Source: a virus (Duplodnaviria; Caudoviricetes). From it: a DNA stretch of 64,000 bases. Position numbers and translations under genes: made by a program. Positions 21,808 through 30,294 of the stretch are shown here, piece by piece; the stretch's first letter is position 1, and each line of letters begins with the position of its first letter. Location of the stretch: positions 95,484 through 159,483 of the IMG/VR virus record IMGVR_UViG_3300032138_000002. One strand, written 5' to 3'. Below the pieces are notes generated by a model. The model saw nothing but the letters and a program-made list of their open reading frames with translations. It did not search any database and was not told the origin of the DNA.

Positions 21808-22766
21808 TTAAAGTTTTGTTTATAATATTGGATTAACGTGGGCAATTCGTTATCGAAATCCTTTTGATTGTTCCAGCCGAGGGCTCTCAGTTTTTCATCG
21901 TTGAGCGCGTACCGAACATCTTGTCCTTCTCTAACATATGATAAATCCACATATTCTTCCCAATTATACTTGTTCTCGAAGAAAGTGTTAATGATTTTTT
22001 TTACGGTGTCGCGGTTGGCTTGTTGAAGATTGCCCGCCACATTATATATTTCATTTATCGAACCTTTTTCGATAATTGTCATGACTGCTTCGGCGGTGTC
22101 GTCAGCATGCAGCCAGTTTCTTACTGGTTCGCCTGCGTTATGAAGCCTTATCTTTTTGTTCCTTTGTAGTAGTTTTACTGCAACGGGAATCAACTTTTCT
22201 GGATATTGGCCAATTCCATAATTGTTGGTGGGGCGGAGTATATTATACTGAAGTCCATATGTTCTTGCCCAGGCTAAGATAAGCATGTCTGCGGCGGCCT
22301 TTGAAGCAGCGTAAGGGTTGCTTGGGTTTAAGAGGGCGGTTTCGGTAAAGGCTCCGTGTTCAATGTCTCCATAGACTTCATCTGTGCTAAAATGAAAGAA
22401 CACCGGTGGGTTGGCAATATTGTTAGGCTTATTTCTTATTAAGTCTAGTAAATTGCGAACTCCATCCACGTTTGTGTGTAAAAAGTCAGTACTATCAATT
22501 ATACTATTACCTACGTGAGATTCTGCAGCGATATTAATCACATAGTCACAATCAGGTAAAAATGATAGTTCGCAAATATCTTCGTTGATAAAAGTGAAGT
22601 TCTCTTCTGTCGGAGTATTAAATTCGCGGAAATCATAAAGAAAATCCTCGTTGGCTGCATAGGTTAAAGAATCAACCCCATAAACCTTCCACCCTCTTTC
22701 AAGACACTTGCGGGTAACATAGTGGCCAATAAGCCCTAAACAGCCTGTAATCGTCACTAACTTCAT
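21801..22766 (-). CDS. rfbB: dTDP-glucose 4,6-dehydratase
   Basis: TGCLGLIG Rossmann motif, AAESHV, STDEVYG, YAASK, NNYG..QYPEKLIP. Confidence 0.9.
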   Translation of the reverse strand: MKLVTITGCLGLIGHYVTRKCLERGWKVYGVDSLTYAANEDFLYDFREFNTPTEENFTFINEDICELSFLPDCDYVINIAAESHVGNSIIDSTDFLHTNVDGVRNLLDLIRNKPNNIANPPVFFHFSTDEVYGDIEHGAFTETALLNPSNPYAASKAAADMLILAWARTYGLQYNILRPTNNYGIGQYPEKLIPVAVKLLQRNKKIRLHNAGEPVRNWLHADDTAEAVMTIIEKGSINEIYNVAGNLQQANRDTVKKIINTFFENKYNWEEYVDLSYVREGQDVRYALNDEKLRALGWNNQKDFDNELPTLIQYYKQNFKW

Positions 22767-23206
22767 CTTATTAACTCTTCCTTATAGTAAGCGGCTCTGT
22801 CGCTGCATATGCCCGCACAGTGCCTTAATTCCTCAGTTATTTCAGGAGGGGGTTTTACAGCTATCGAATTTTTAACCAAGGTTTGACCTGGGTATGTCCA
22901 AATATAACCCCTGTTAGTTAAAGCAAAATTATCAGTCTGATGCCAAAAACAATGGACGTCCAACCTCAGCAATCTTTCAAGGGCGTTTAAATTTTTGGCG
23001 TGACACCAGAAGTTTTTATTAAAAAGGAAGTTGGTTGGGATATATTGATCAGAACCATCATGTCCCAAATAAAAGCTCCCCTCTTTCCACCACACATCTA
23101 TTTCTACTTCAAACCCCTTATAAACTGCGTCTAAAATATAGTTGGGAGTATTTTCAAAAGCAGGCTGTGGGCCTATGATGTTGCCTCTATGGGCTATTAT
23201 TTTCAT
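22763..23206 (-). CDS. Glycerophosphodiester phosphodiesterase-like (PLC-like) protein
   Basis: IIAHRGN...ENT...VEIDVW...LGHD...WCHAKN...GICSD. Start at 23206 (ATGA overlap). Confidence 0.75.
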   Translation of the reverse strand: MKIIAHRGNIIGPQPAFENTPNYILDAVYKGFEVEIDVWWKEGSFYLGHDGSDQYIPTNFLFNKNFWCHAKNLNALERLLRLDVHCFWHQTDNFALTNRGYIWTYPGQTLVKNSIAVKPPPEITEELRHCAGICSDRAAYYKEELIR

Positions 23207-23946
23207 CCAATATTCCTGAGAATAAAATTCTCCATCATTATAACACATTCTGGGAGGGGTTGTTTAGCTGTGTTTATGGTTAAATCTGGGGTTTGGGGTT
23301 CTTCAAAGGGGTCTGAAATGCCAGTAAAATTATAGATCTTATCGGGGTGACCATCAGGTAGGAGCGCCTTAGCATATAACCCCTTTATATCTCTTTTCTT
23401 TACCGTCTCTAAATCGCATTTTATGTATATTGTTTTAACGCTAGAATCTTTTTTCTGGTTTTCTATTCTTATCTCTTCATAGGGGTTGATAGCAGCGATG
23501 ATTGATATTATGCTGTTTCTGGCTAATATTTTGCTCACAAAACTTAAACGCCTAATATTGTTGTTTCTGTCTTCTTTGGAAAAACCCAAGTCTTTGCACA
23601 GGTTTTCGCGATACTCGTCGCCGTCAATTACCTCTACCAAATAACCTTTTTTTCTCAGTCTCTGCGCTGTGTGCTGCGCTAGTGTGCTCTTGCCGGCACC
23701 AGATAAGCCCGTCATATGAAGTGAAATGCCTTTGGTTCGACCCCAACGAATGACAGCCCAAAATCGTTCATGATAAATATAGGCAAACAAAGTGACAATT
23801 TGGTGGAGCACACTAATGCTGACAGACGTGGCTGCTGAACTGGTAATAAAATATGAACAACATAATAGGCTCAAAAAGCCTAACAGTCTCCACGACAAAG
23901 ATTTAACTATACTGCGTCGTCGGGTATCAATCATCCAGATATCCAT
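23203..23946 (-). CDS. cysC: Adenylyl-sulfate (APS) kinase with N-terminal DUF2061-like membrane domain
   Basis: TGLSGAGKST P-loop, IDGD, LGFSKEDR..NIRR, RDIKGLY, FTGISDPFEEP. N-terminal RRSIVKSLSWR...HERFW. Confidence 0.9.
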   Translation of the reverse strand: MDIWMIDTRRRSIVKSLSWRLLGFLSLLCCSYFITSSAATSVSISVLHQIVTLFAYIYHERFWAVIRWGRTKGISLHMTGLSGAGKSTLAQHTAQRLRKKGYLVEVIDGDEYRENLCKDLGFSKEDRNNNIRRLSFVSKILARNSIISIIAAINPYEEIRIENQKKDSSVKTIYIKCDLETVKKRDIKGLYAKALLPDGHPDKIYNFTGISDPFEEPQTPDLTINTAKQPLPECVIMMENFILRNIG

Positions 23947-24754
23947 AGTGACGGAGCCATGGGCCGCACTCTGTCTCTATAAAAGCTATTTGTTCGTCGG
24001 TCAAAGTTTCTTTGTATCCCCCCACTTTGCCGTTATTTGATGTAATGTGTTCTTTTAACATTAACGTGGCCGAATATCGGGGGTCACTCCAATCACCAGA
24101 AGTCAACAAATTGTCCGTATCATCTTTAATGCCTTCCGCTTTCATGATAATCGACTTAAGTACCTCTTCTTTCATGGTATCGATCTCGGGAAAAAAGTTT
24201 CTCATCAAAGTTTTGAGTGTTTCAAGGGGGTCAACCTTATAATCCTCATAACACCATTCATAGCGTTTAACATATTTGTTTATATCAGGAATTGCTTCGT
24301 TATCGACATATTGCTGGACCTTGGAAAAATCCTTTTGCTTTGATGCGGCATACCACATCAGGTGTTCTTTCACTATGTTTTCGAACTCCTCTTGTGATAA
24401 TTCTACGTTTCCATGGTGTTCCCTTCTTTTACGCAACGCCGAGGCCGCAGTATCGCGGATATCACGACGTACGGTAATTAAAAAATCACACACGATATCT
24501 CCCGTATGTTCCTTTGCTATGAGTATATCCACGGGAGCAGGGGGTTCTTTTGTGTGATATTCACAATAATCCTGACTGAGGGCTACGGCGACGTTAAGTT
24601 GGCAGGTTTCGCAGAAAATTCGCATAAGATTGAGAAGCAGAGTGCTTCCAGATTGCGGCATTCCCCCTATACACACAATCGGTGGCCGTTTTTTTTGCCA
24701 TGTCTTTTTCCGCATTCGTGTCCAGATGTTATCGTCTTTCCAGGACAAGTCCAT
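23927..24754 (-). CDS. PAPS-dependent sulfotransferase-like protein
   Basis: GGMPQSGSTLL (5'-PSB loop), RRDIRDTAAS (3'-PB), YED, GKVGGYK; adjacent to cysC. Confidence 0.75.
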   Translation of the reverse strand: MDLSWKDDNIWTRMRKKTWQKKRPPIVCIGGMPQSGSTLLLNLMRIFCETCQLNVAVALSQDYCEYHTKEPPAPVDILIAKEHTGDIVCDFLITVRRDIRDTAASALRKRREHHGNVELSQEEFENIVKEHLMWYAASKQKDFSKVQQYVDNEAIPDINKYVKRYEWCYEDYKVDPLETLKTLMRNFFPEIDTMKEEVLKSIIMKAEGIKDDTDNLLTSGDWSDPRYSATLMLKEHITSNNGKVGGYKETLTDEQIAFIETECGPWLRHYGYLDD

Positions 24755-25467
24755 TATTGGTTCTCCAAAAAATATTTGAGGTCTTCAGGAGTACCTAGGC
24801 CCCACATTTTGTTAACATAAAATGGAATTAAAGTTTTTCCGTCTTCTAGCATTTCGTTATAAACCGGGGCAATATAATATTCCCCATTTACTCTCACGTT
24901 TTTTTCTATCATTTGGTGAGCATATTTAACGAACTCTGAGCCTCGTCGATACCAATATATACCACATGTGGCGATATTGGAAATAGGCCTTTTCTCAGCC
25001 ACCTCTGTAACAAAACCGCGAGAATTTGTCTTTACAAAGGACCATTTTGGGTGTACGGCATTGAACGTGAAGACCATCGAATCTACATCAGTTAAGTTCT
25101 TCAAAGTTTTAAAATTCTCGGCCTCGTACTCAATAAATTGATCAGAATTGGCGATTAATAAGTCCTCGTCGTCGTTAATAAGATCTTGAGCTAATAGGGC
25201 AGTGCAAGCCGCTCCTTCAGTTAACTCTTTTACCTCCACATGAGAACAGCGGCCATTTGTTATACGTTCCAGAGTATCTAAGAGACCGGCATACTTTTTT
25301 ACGTGATCGTGCCTTACTAAAAATATATATTCACAATCAAAATCTAGATTTTCTACCACCGTTTGGATCATGGGTCTTCCACGAACATCAATCAATGGTT
25401 TGGGAAAAGTATATCCCTCTTTGGTGAATCTACTGCCTTCACCCGCCATGGGTATTAAAACTTTCAT
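24754..25467 (-). CDS. Sugar-phosphate nucleotidyltransferase (NTP_transferase family)
   Basis: LIPMAGEGSRF...PKPLI, NSDQ, VAEK, NGEYYIAPVYN, LGTPEDL. Confidence 0.85.
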   Translation of the reverse strand: MKVLIPMAGEGSRFTKEGYTFPKPLIDVRGRPMIQTVVENLDFDCEYIFLVRHDHVKKYAGLLDTLERITNGRCSHVEVKELTEGAACTALLAQDLINDDEDLLIANSDQFIEYEAENFKTLKNLTDVDSMVFTFNAVHPKWSFVKTNSRGFVTEVAEKRPISNIATCGIYWYRRGSEFVKYAHQMIEKNVRVNGEYYIAPVYNEMLEDGKTLIPFYVNKMWGLGTPEDLKYFLENQ

Positions 25468-26083
25468 CTATAAATCTTTTAACCCCCTTTTTAATTACTT
25501 CGGTGGCATTGGTGACTTTCATTACACTACACCCGGATGCACGTGCAGCTTTTTCCCCTTTGGGGGAATCTTCTATTATCATAGCATTTTTAGGGACACA
25601 ATTAAAGTGTTTTAATACCTGAATATAACCTTCGGGGTCTGGTTTTGCATTAATCACATCTTCATTAGTTAAAAAGTACTCAAGATGCTCTAAAATACCA
25701 GCTTCAGTCAATACAAGTGAGGCCGTTTCTCGAATACTATTAGTAAAACACGCAATTCGGGCGTTATTGGATTTAAGCCATTGTATTAATTCAACTTTTT
25801 CCGGTCTTTCTTCGGATTGTGCTCTGATTATCTCTAGAGTGCGCTCTTGCTTAAAATCAAATATGTCTTGAACATTATCTTTTTCAATTTTATTGGCCTC
25901 CACCAGCATTTTTAATTTTATCTTAGTGGGGAGGCCGTTGTATATTTTATAATGTTCCTCTAGGGGAATCTCATAGTTACAAACATGTTTTAATGCAGCA
26001 TTGAATGCTTCTAAATGCCATCCGCAAGCATCTACCAACACCCCGTCCATATCAAAAATAACTAGTTCTGGAAACCTAGACAT
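25439..26083 (-). CDS. HAD-family phosphatase (beta-PGM-like)
   Basis: FDMDGVLVD, TNS, KPDPEGY, IEDS. Likely start at 26083. Confidence 0.85.
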   Translation of the reverse strand: MSRFPELVIFDMDGVLVDACGWHLEAFNAALKHVCNYEIPLEEHYKIYNGLPTKIKLKMLVEANKIEKDNVQDIFDFKQERTLEIIRAQSEERPEKVELIQWLKSNNARIACFTNSIRETASLVLTEAGILEHLEYFLTNEDVINAKPDPEGYIQVLKHFNCVPKNAMIIEDSPKGEKAARASGCSVMKVTNATEVIKKGVKRFIDESFNTHGG

Positions 26084-26849
26084 TTGTACCTCTAGCCGCT
26101 GGGTCAATATTGTATTCATCCAGGAGACTTTTAAGTTTTTTAGGATAACACTGAAAATCCCATTTACCTTTTACGACCGCGGTGGCAAAATAAGGATAAA
26201 CATGACTATCCCAGTGAAAGTCTCCTCGCATTTGTTCGCCTTCCATAAAAGTCATCGCGCACTTAAATGCATGTTTTGCACAAACAATATTACTGTTGGC
26301 TTCGAATTTCCATATATTCTCACCGGGAGTTTCCTCATAGATACGCATTAAATTTTCTTTTTTACACAATGTGGGTTGAATTGCGAATTGTAAATCCGGA
26401 GGGCAATAAAAAACATTCTCGTGAAGCATGGTGGGAGTTAAGGTTTCATATGGTCTGTACGTTGCCCGTACAAATTTAATAAAATCAAGTTGTTGTTCTT
26501 TTATCAAGCTACAACATTTCTCTATTATTTGATTATTCGGCTCCCCATATAAAAACATATCCTCATGGTGAAATACAATTATGTCTTCTTCGACTTGCTG
26601 AATACCTTGCAAAACGCGTTGTTGATAGGGCAGTGCATCGTCATACCGCAACAAAACCCAGTCGGAATTTAAATCCGGCGTGCTTTGGTCAGCAATTAGA
26701 TATTTCTTTACTTCCGGCAAAAACTTGTCCATTTGAGCGAACATGGGTTTCCAGATATCTGAATAATCTGAATGGGAATAGAAAACGGCGGCGTACACTA
26801 GTATTCCTACAACAATGCCATGAAGTCTGCGTGGGCGGTGGCGCCACAC
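26076..26849 (-). CDS. Putative glycosyltransferase (GT-A-like)
   Basis: SHSDYSDIW, HHEDMFL, QPTL, WKFE, AVVKGKW; inside the glycan cluster. True start uncertain. Confidence 0.5.
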   Translation of the reverse strand: MWRHRPRRLHGIVVGILVYAAVFYSHSDYSDIWKPMFAQMDKFLPEVKKYLIADQSTPDLNSDWVLLRYDDALPYQQRVLQGIQQVEEDIIVFHHEDMFLYGEPNNQIIEKCCSLIKEQQLDFIKFVRATYRPYETLTPTMLHENVFYCPPDLQFAIQPTLCKKENLMRIYEETPGENIWKFEANSNIVCAKHAFKCAMTFMEGEQMRGDFHWDSHVYPYFATAVVKGKWDFQCYPKKLKSLLDEYNIDPAARGTNV

Positions 26850-27607
26850 TCATCCATTTGTTTAAAGAAATCAACGGATAAGCTTCGATTCACATCGTCG
26901 ATAAAAGGCGAGAACTTATCATGAGTTAATTCCTTTTTTTCGAACGTTAAAAGATGATCTATCTTTGTTTCTAGCACTTTGTCCCACACGCGTGTTCCGA
27001 TTGTTGGGATTGTTCCCAGTTCACACACATCCCGTAGACCTTTCACCGTACGCATTGAGCCGGCAATAATTTCTGCGCAGTCTGATTTACGCTTTTGAGC
27101 AAAAGCTACGTGTGCGGCAGCGTCCACTCCCTGCTCTTCCATCCGGCCGGGAATCAAACTAACATAACGGACATTATAAGTGAAACATGATAAGGCAGTT
27201 GAACAGTCGGCGACGCCGGTGACGTTTGTTTCCATAAAATTATTCAATTGGTCTACAACCTCAAGCACTCCGTGAAATGGGGGTATTTTTAGGCCTAGGC
27301 GTGTGGTGCCGTCTGTAAACTGACATATATACTCGGCCCATTTAACAATGTCATGAGGACACATCTCCGAATTTGGCGCTTGTACATATACGACGCCTTT
27401 GTTGTCGCCTCGTATTTTGGTTACAAGCGCACATAACTTCGGGAGATGTTCCGTCCATTGTTCTAGGCGATCCATATTTACCTTTTTAAATGCATTTGGA
27501 TTTGTGGTGATCCCGCGCACGTGAGTACTATCGACGGTATTTTTAAGGCGCCCCCAGACATTTTCGATATATTCTATATCGGCAGTATCAAAAAAGAAAT
27601 CAAACAT
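26807..27607 (-). CDS. Transaldolase/fructose-6-phosphate aldolase family protein (divergent)
   Basis: FDTAD, GITTNP, LKIP (Schiff-base Lys), NVT, YVS..GR, AGSMR. Confidence 0.8.
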   Translation of the reverse strand: MFDFFFDTADIEYIENVWGRLKNTVDSTHVRGITTNPNAFKKVNMDRLEQWTEHLPKLCALVTKIRGDNKGVVYVQAPNSEMCPHDIVKWAEYICQFTDGTTRLGLKIPPFHGVLEVVDQLNNFMETNVTGVADCSTALSCFTYNVRYVSLIPGRMEEQGVDAAAHVAFAQKRKSDCAEIIAGSMRTVKGLRDVCELGTIPTIGTRVWDKVLETKIDHLLTFEKKELTHDKFSPFIDDVNRSLSVDFFKQMDECGATAHADFMALL

Positions 27608-27965
27608 TTTTTTCCTCCTCGGCTTTTAATAATGTTTTTTTAACAGTGTCCCAATCAGTGAATTTTATTCCCTTATCATCTATAAAATAATCTACATGGG
27701 GTTTTCCAAACAATAACTCATCATAAGGGATGCAGTATTTGTCTAGCCAATCTAAAACAAGCTTCCCTTGATTTGCAATAATTCTTCCCACGTTGTTTTC
27801 ACAAGTTCTCATGTTTCGAGCAGTAAAAATGACAATATAATATCCACGTTGTTTTAAAAATTCTAATGTTTCTACAGCGTTAGGCAAAGGTTTTACATCA
27901 CGGTAACTCTGGTCTGCGGCTTTGGTCTCGCATATTGTCCCGTCTAAATCAACGCATATCTTCAT
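27600..27965 (-). CDS. Capsule-biosynthesis HAD phosphatase (EcbF/BcbF-like)
   Basis: CVDLDGTIC, FTARNM, WL...IPYDEL.FGKP..YFIDDK. Confidence 0.85.
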   Translation of the reverse strand: MKICVDLDGTICETKAADQSYRDVKPLPNAVETLEFLKQRGYYIVIFTARNMRTCENNVGRIIANQGKLVLDWLDKYCIPYDELLFGKPHVDYFIDDKGIKFTDWDTVKKTLLKAEEEKNV

Positions 27966-28953
27966 AATCTAACGCCTCGTTTAAAAGTTTGATACCAGTA
28001 GTATACATCACCGTTTGCCGGGGCAAGCTATCATAATGTCGCGAGCACATACCAATGTATATCAATCCTTGAATTAACTTAGCTCTATTATCTCTGAATC
28101 TGTCGAATTTATTAAACACTTTTTTAATTTTTTCTTTATTATCATTTGCAAAGGTAACCTGAAAGTGGTTTAAGTCTTTATTCTCTTCTAACTCAAATTC
28201 ATCAAAAATAATATATTCATATCCCCCTTCGAAAGAATGAACAAGTTTAGCTATATCATAGAGTGGATCACCAAACACACCGTCCTCACCAAAATGCCCG
28301 CGAGGGTCTACGAATTTTAACAAATGGGTCTGAGTTTTTGCATTTACCCCACAAAGAATATTCGAAAAACAAAAATCTCCATGAATAACCGAAAGTTGAC
28401 GCAAAGGCGTTAAATAATGTCGAATAAGTTCCTGTAGCTGATTCCATAAACAGTGGAAGTTCGCATAGGAGCGTCCGTCGATAATAAGTTTTTGATGGGT
28501 GGCTATGACTGCAAATTTAGGGTTTTCTAGTAATTCTTTATAATAACGTTCCGTTTTGCCAATGTACATTGCTTCTGCGTACGCTGTGAAATCGTCGTTT
28601 TTATGGGTTGTTACAAAAGAATCTAAAGCGTCGTTAATACCCGATGCAACATTTTCCCAAAAGGCTTGATCGAAATCCTCGTATACCATATAATCACCCA
28701 GATTATTATAAGCGTAGTACTCTAATTCCATCGAATGCTCCCCATCTTCATGTGAAGATTTGCGAAATCTAGGGAAAAAGATAGAGTGCGGTGTCGTCTC
28801 TATATCTTTATAATAATTTATTTCATCAAAGAGGCGTGTTTCGCGGCTTCGTTTCGTTATGGTTCCTAACGATGAGTCAATCGAAAACGAATTATAGGCT
28901 CTCGTTATATGCTGCTTCATAGACTTCCTCGATGGACAAGATCGATAAGCCAT
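27949..28953 (-). CDS. Sugar kinase, aminoglycoside-phosphotransferase/choline-kinase fold (BcbE/KfoE kinase-like)
   Basis: RAYNSF, DEINYY, IHGDFCFSNIL, FVDPRG, GDPLYDIAKL. Likely start about 28920. Confidence 0.75.
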   Translation of the reverse strand: MAYRSCPSRKSMKQHITRAYNSFSIDSSLGTITKRSRETRLFDEINYYKDIETTPHSIFFPRFRKSSHEDGEHSMELEYYAYNNLGDYMVYEDFDQAFWENVASGINDALDSFVTTHKNDDFTAYAEAMYIGKTERYYKELLENPKFAVIATHQKLIIDGRSYANFHCLWNQLQELIRHYLTPLRQLSVIHGDFCFSNILCGVNAKTQTHLLKFVDPRGHFGEDGVFGDPLYDIAKLVHSFEGGYEYIIFDEFELEENKDLNHFQVTFANDNKEKIKKVFNKFDRFRDNRAKLIQGLIYIGMCSRHYDSLPRQTVMYTTGIKLLNEALDYEDMR

Positions 28954-30292
28954 TATTCACCGCAAATTTGTTAAGATCGCCGCCTTTTGTCATCGTCCCA
29001 TCGTCATTCATAATTTCACAAATAATAGCAGCCGGTTTAAGACCCGCTAGTTTCATTAATTCTACAGAGCCTTCCGTGTGCCCTCTGCGCTCCTTCAGGA
29101 GGCCGTCACGTGCCCTCAGGGGGAACAGGTGGCCTGGGCGTGTAAGGTCGTCAGGCTTTGACGTGGGGTCCAGCAATACTTGAAGAGTAACCAGCCGATC
29201 GTACACTGACATGCCCGTAGTTGTGCCGTGCTTTGGGGCACCATCAACCGATACGGTAAACGGAGTTTCGTTAGCATCCGTATTATTCTCAACCATGGGT
29301 GGAATTTCCAAACGCTTAAGATCGGCGTCCGTCATGGGCACACACATCAACCCCTTCGCTTTATTCATGGTAAAAACAAGGTTTTCGACGGATGCGCGTT
29401 CGGCAGCGATCACAATATCCCCCTCATTTTCGCGATCATATTCATCCACCAAAATAATTGGTTTCCCTTGTCTAAGTTCTTCGAGGGCGTTTTGCATTTT
29501 TCTGCTTTTAATCATTTCATTTTCCTTTGTAGCTGATTTGGCAATAAAAATGTCTACTTTGCTAGACATTTTTTTAATTTCTAACCATGTTTCAAATTCG
29601 GCGAGGCTTTCTGGAGTGTCCATCGATCTCATTTCTAGAATATTGTAATCGAAGATATTCTTACCGGCTGCAATTGCTTCATTAAAAACTGGTGAAATAT
29701 AAAATTCGTTATTAACACGAATATTTTTGGTGATCATGGAATTGGCAAATTCTATAAAATCGGATCCGTGGCGCCAATAAAAGGCGCCCGCCAAGGCTGT
29801 TGTAGAAATAACTTCCTTTTCAGCTACTCGATTTACGCGGCCACCATCACCAACCTCGGCATAACTCCATGATTTATTTCCGCTCTTATCATTAAAAGTA
29901 AAAATCATTCCGTCGATGTCTGGATTGTTGATTGTTGTAGTAAATGTTTCCGTTTCCCAGAGGAAATAGTTATCACAATTGACAATCATTAGCTCTTCGT
30001 CGTTGTCGATATGGCGCGCCGCTAACAATGCTGTACAAGCTTGGCCGTCGGTTATACCATCTGCTACCACAAGTCGGCAATCGGGGACAATTTGTTTCAG
30101 TGTTTGATCGATATGATATTTATCGATATGTTCTTTCTGTACAATAAAAATATATTGCCCCTCTATGTTTAAACTCTCCACAACGCGTTGTATCATTGGT
30201 TCGCCGGCGATGTCGATTAGGGGCTTAGGTAAACTATACCCCACTTCTTTAAAACGCTTTCCGGCGCCTGCCATTGGTATTAATATATTCAC
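28892..30292 (-). CDS. ribB: Fusion: sugar-phosphate nucleotidyltransferase plus 3,4-dihydroxy-2-butanone-4-phosphate synthase (RibB)
   Basis: N-terminal LIPMAGAGKRF...PKPLI, NCDN, VAEK, NNEFYISPVFN. C-terminal DEYDRENEGD, GLMC, FTVSVD, TTGMS..DR, RPGHLFPL, RRGHTEG, CEIMNDDGTM. Likely GTG start at 30292. Confidence 0.9.
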   Translation of the reverse strand: MNILIPMAGAGKRFKEVGYSLPKPLIDIAGEPMIQRVVESLNIEGQYIFIVQKEHIDKYHIDQTLKQIVPDCRLVVADGITDGQACTALLAARHIDNDEELMIVNCDNYFLWETETFTTTINNPDIDGMIFTFNDKSGNKSWSYAEVGDGGRVNRVAEKEVISTTALAGAFYWRHGSDFIEFANSMITKNIRVNNEFYISPVFNEAIAAGKNIFDYNILEMRSMDTPESLAEFETWLEIKKMSSKVDIFIAKSATKENEMIKSRKMQNALEELRQGKPIILVDEYDRENEGDIVIAAERASVENLVFTMNKAKGLMCVPMTDADLKRLEIPPMVENNTDANETPFTVSVDGAPKHGTTTGMSVYDRLVTLQVLLDPTSKPDDLTRPGHLFPLRARDGLLKERRGHTEGSVELMKLAGLKPAAIICEIMNDDGTMTKGGDLNKFAVNNGLSILSIEEVYEAAYNESL

Positions 30293-30294
30293 TT

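Noticed and set aside
26807-27607. Transaldolase as a cyanophage-type TalC auxiliary metabolic gene
   Set aside because: No photosynthesis or pentose-phosphate genes are nearby; it overlaps glycan genes on both sides and has altered active-site-adjacent motifs. Not excluded, but less parsimonious.
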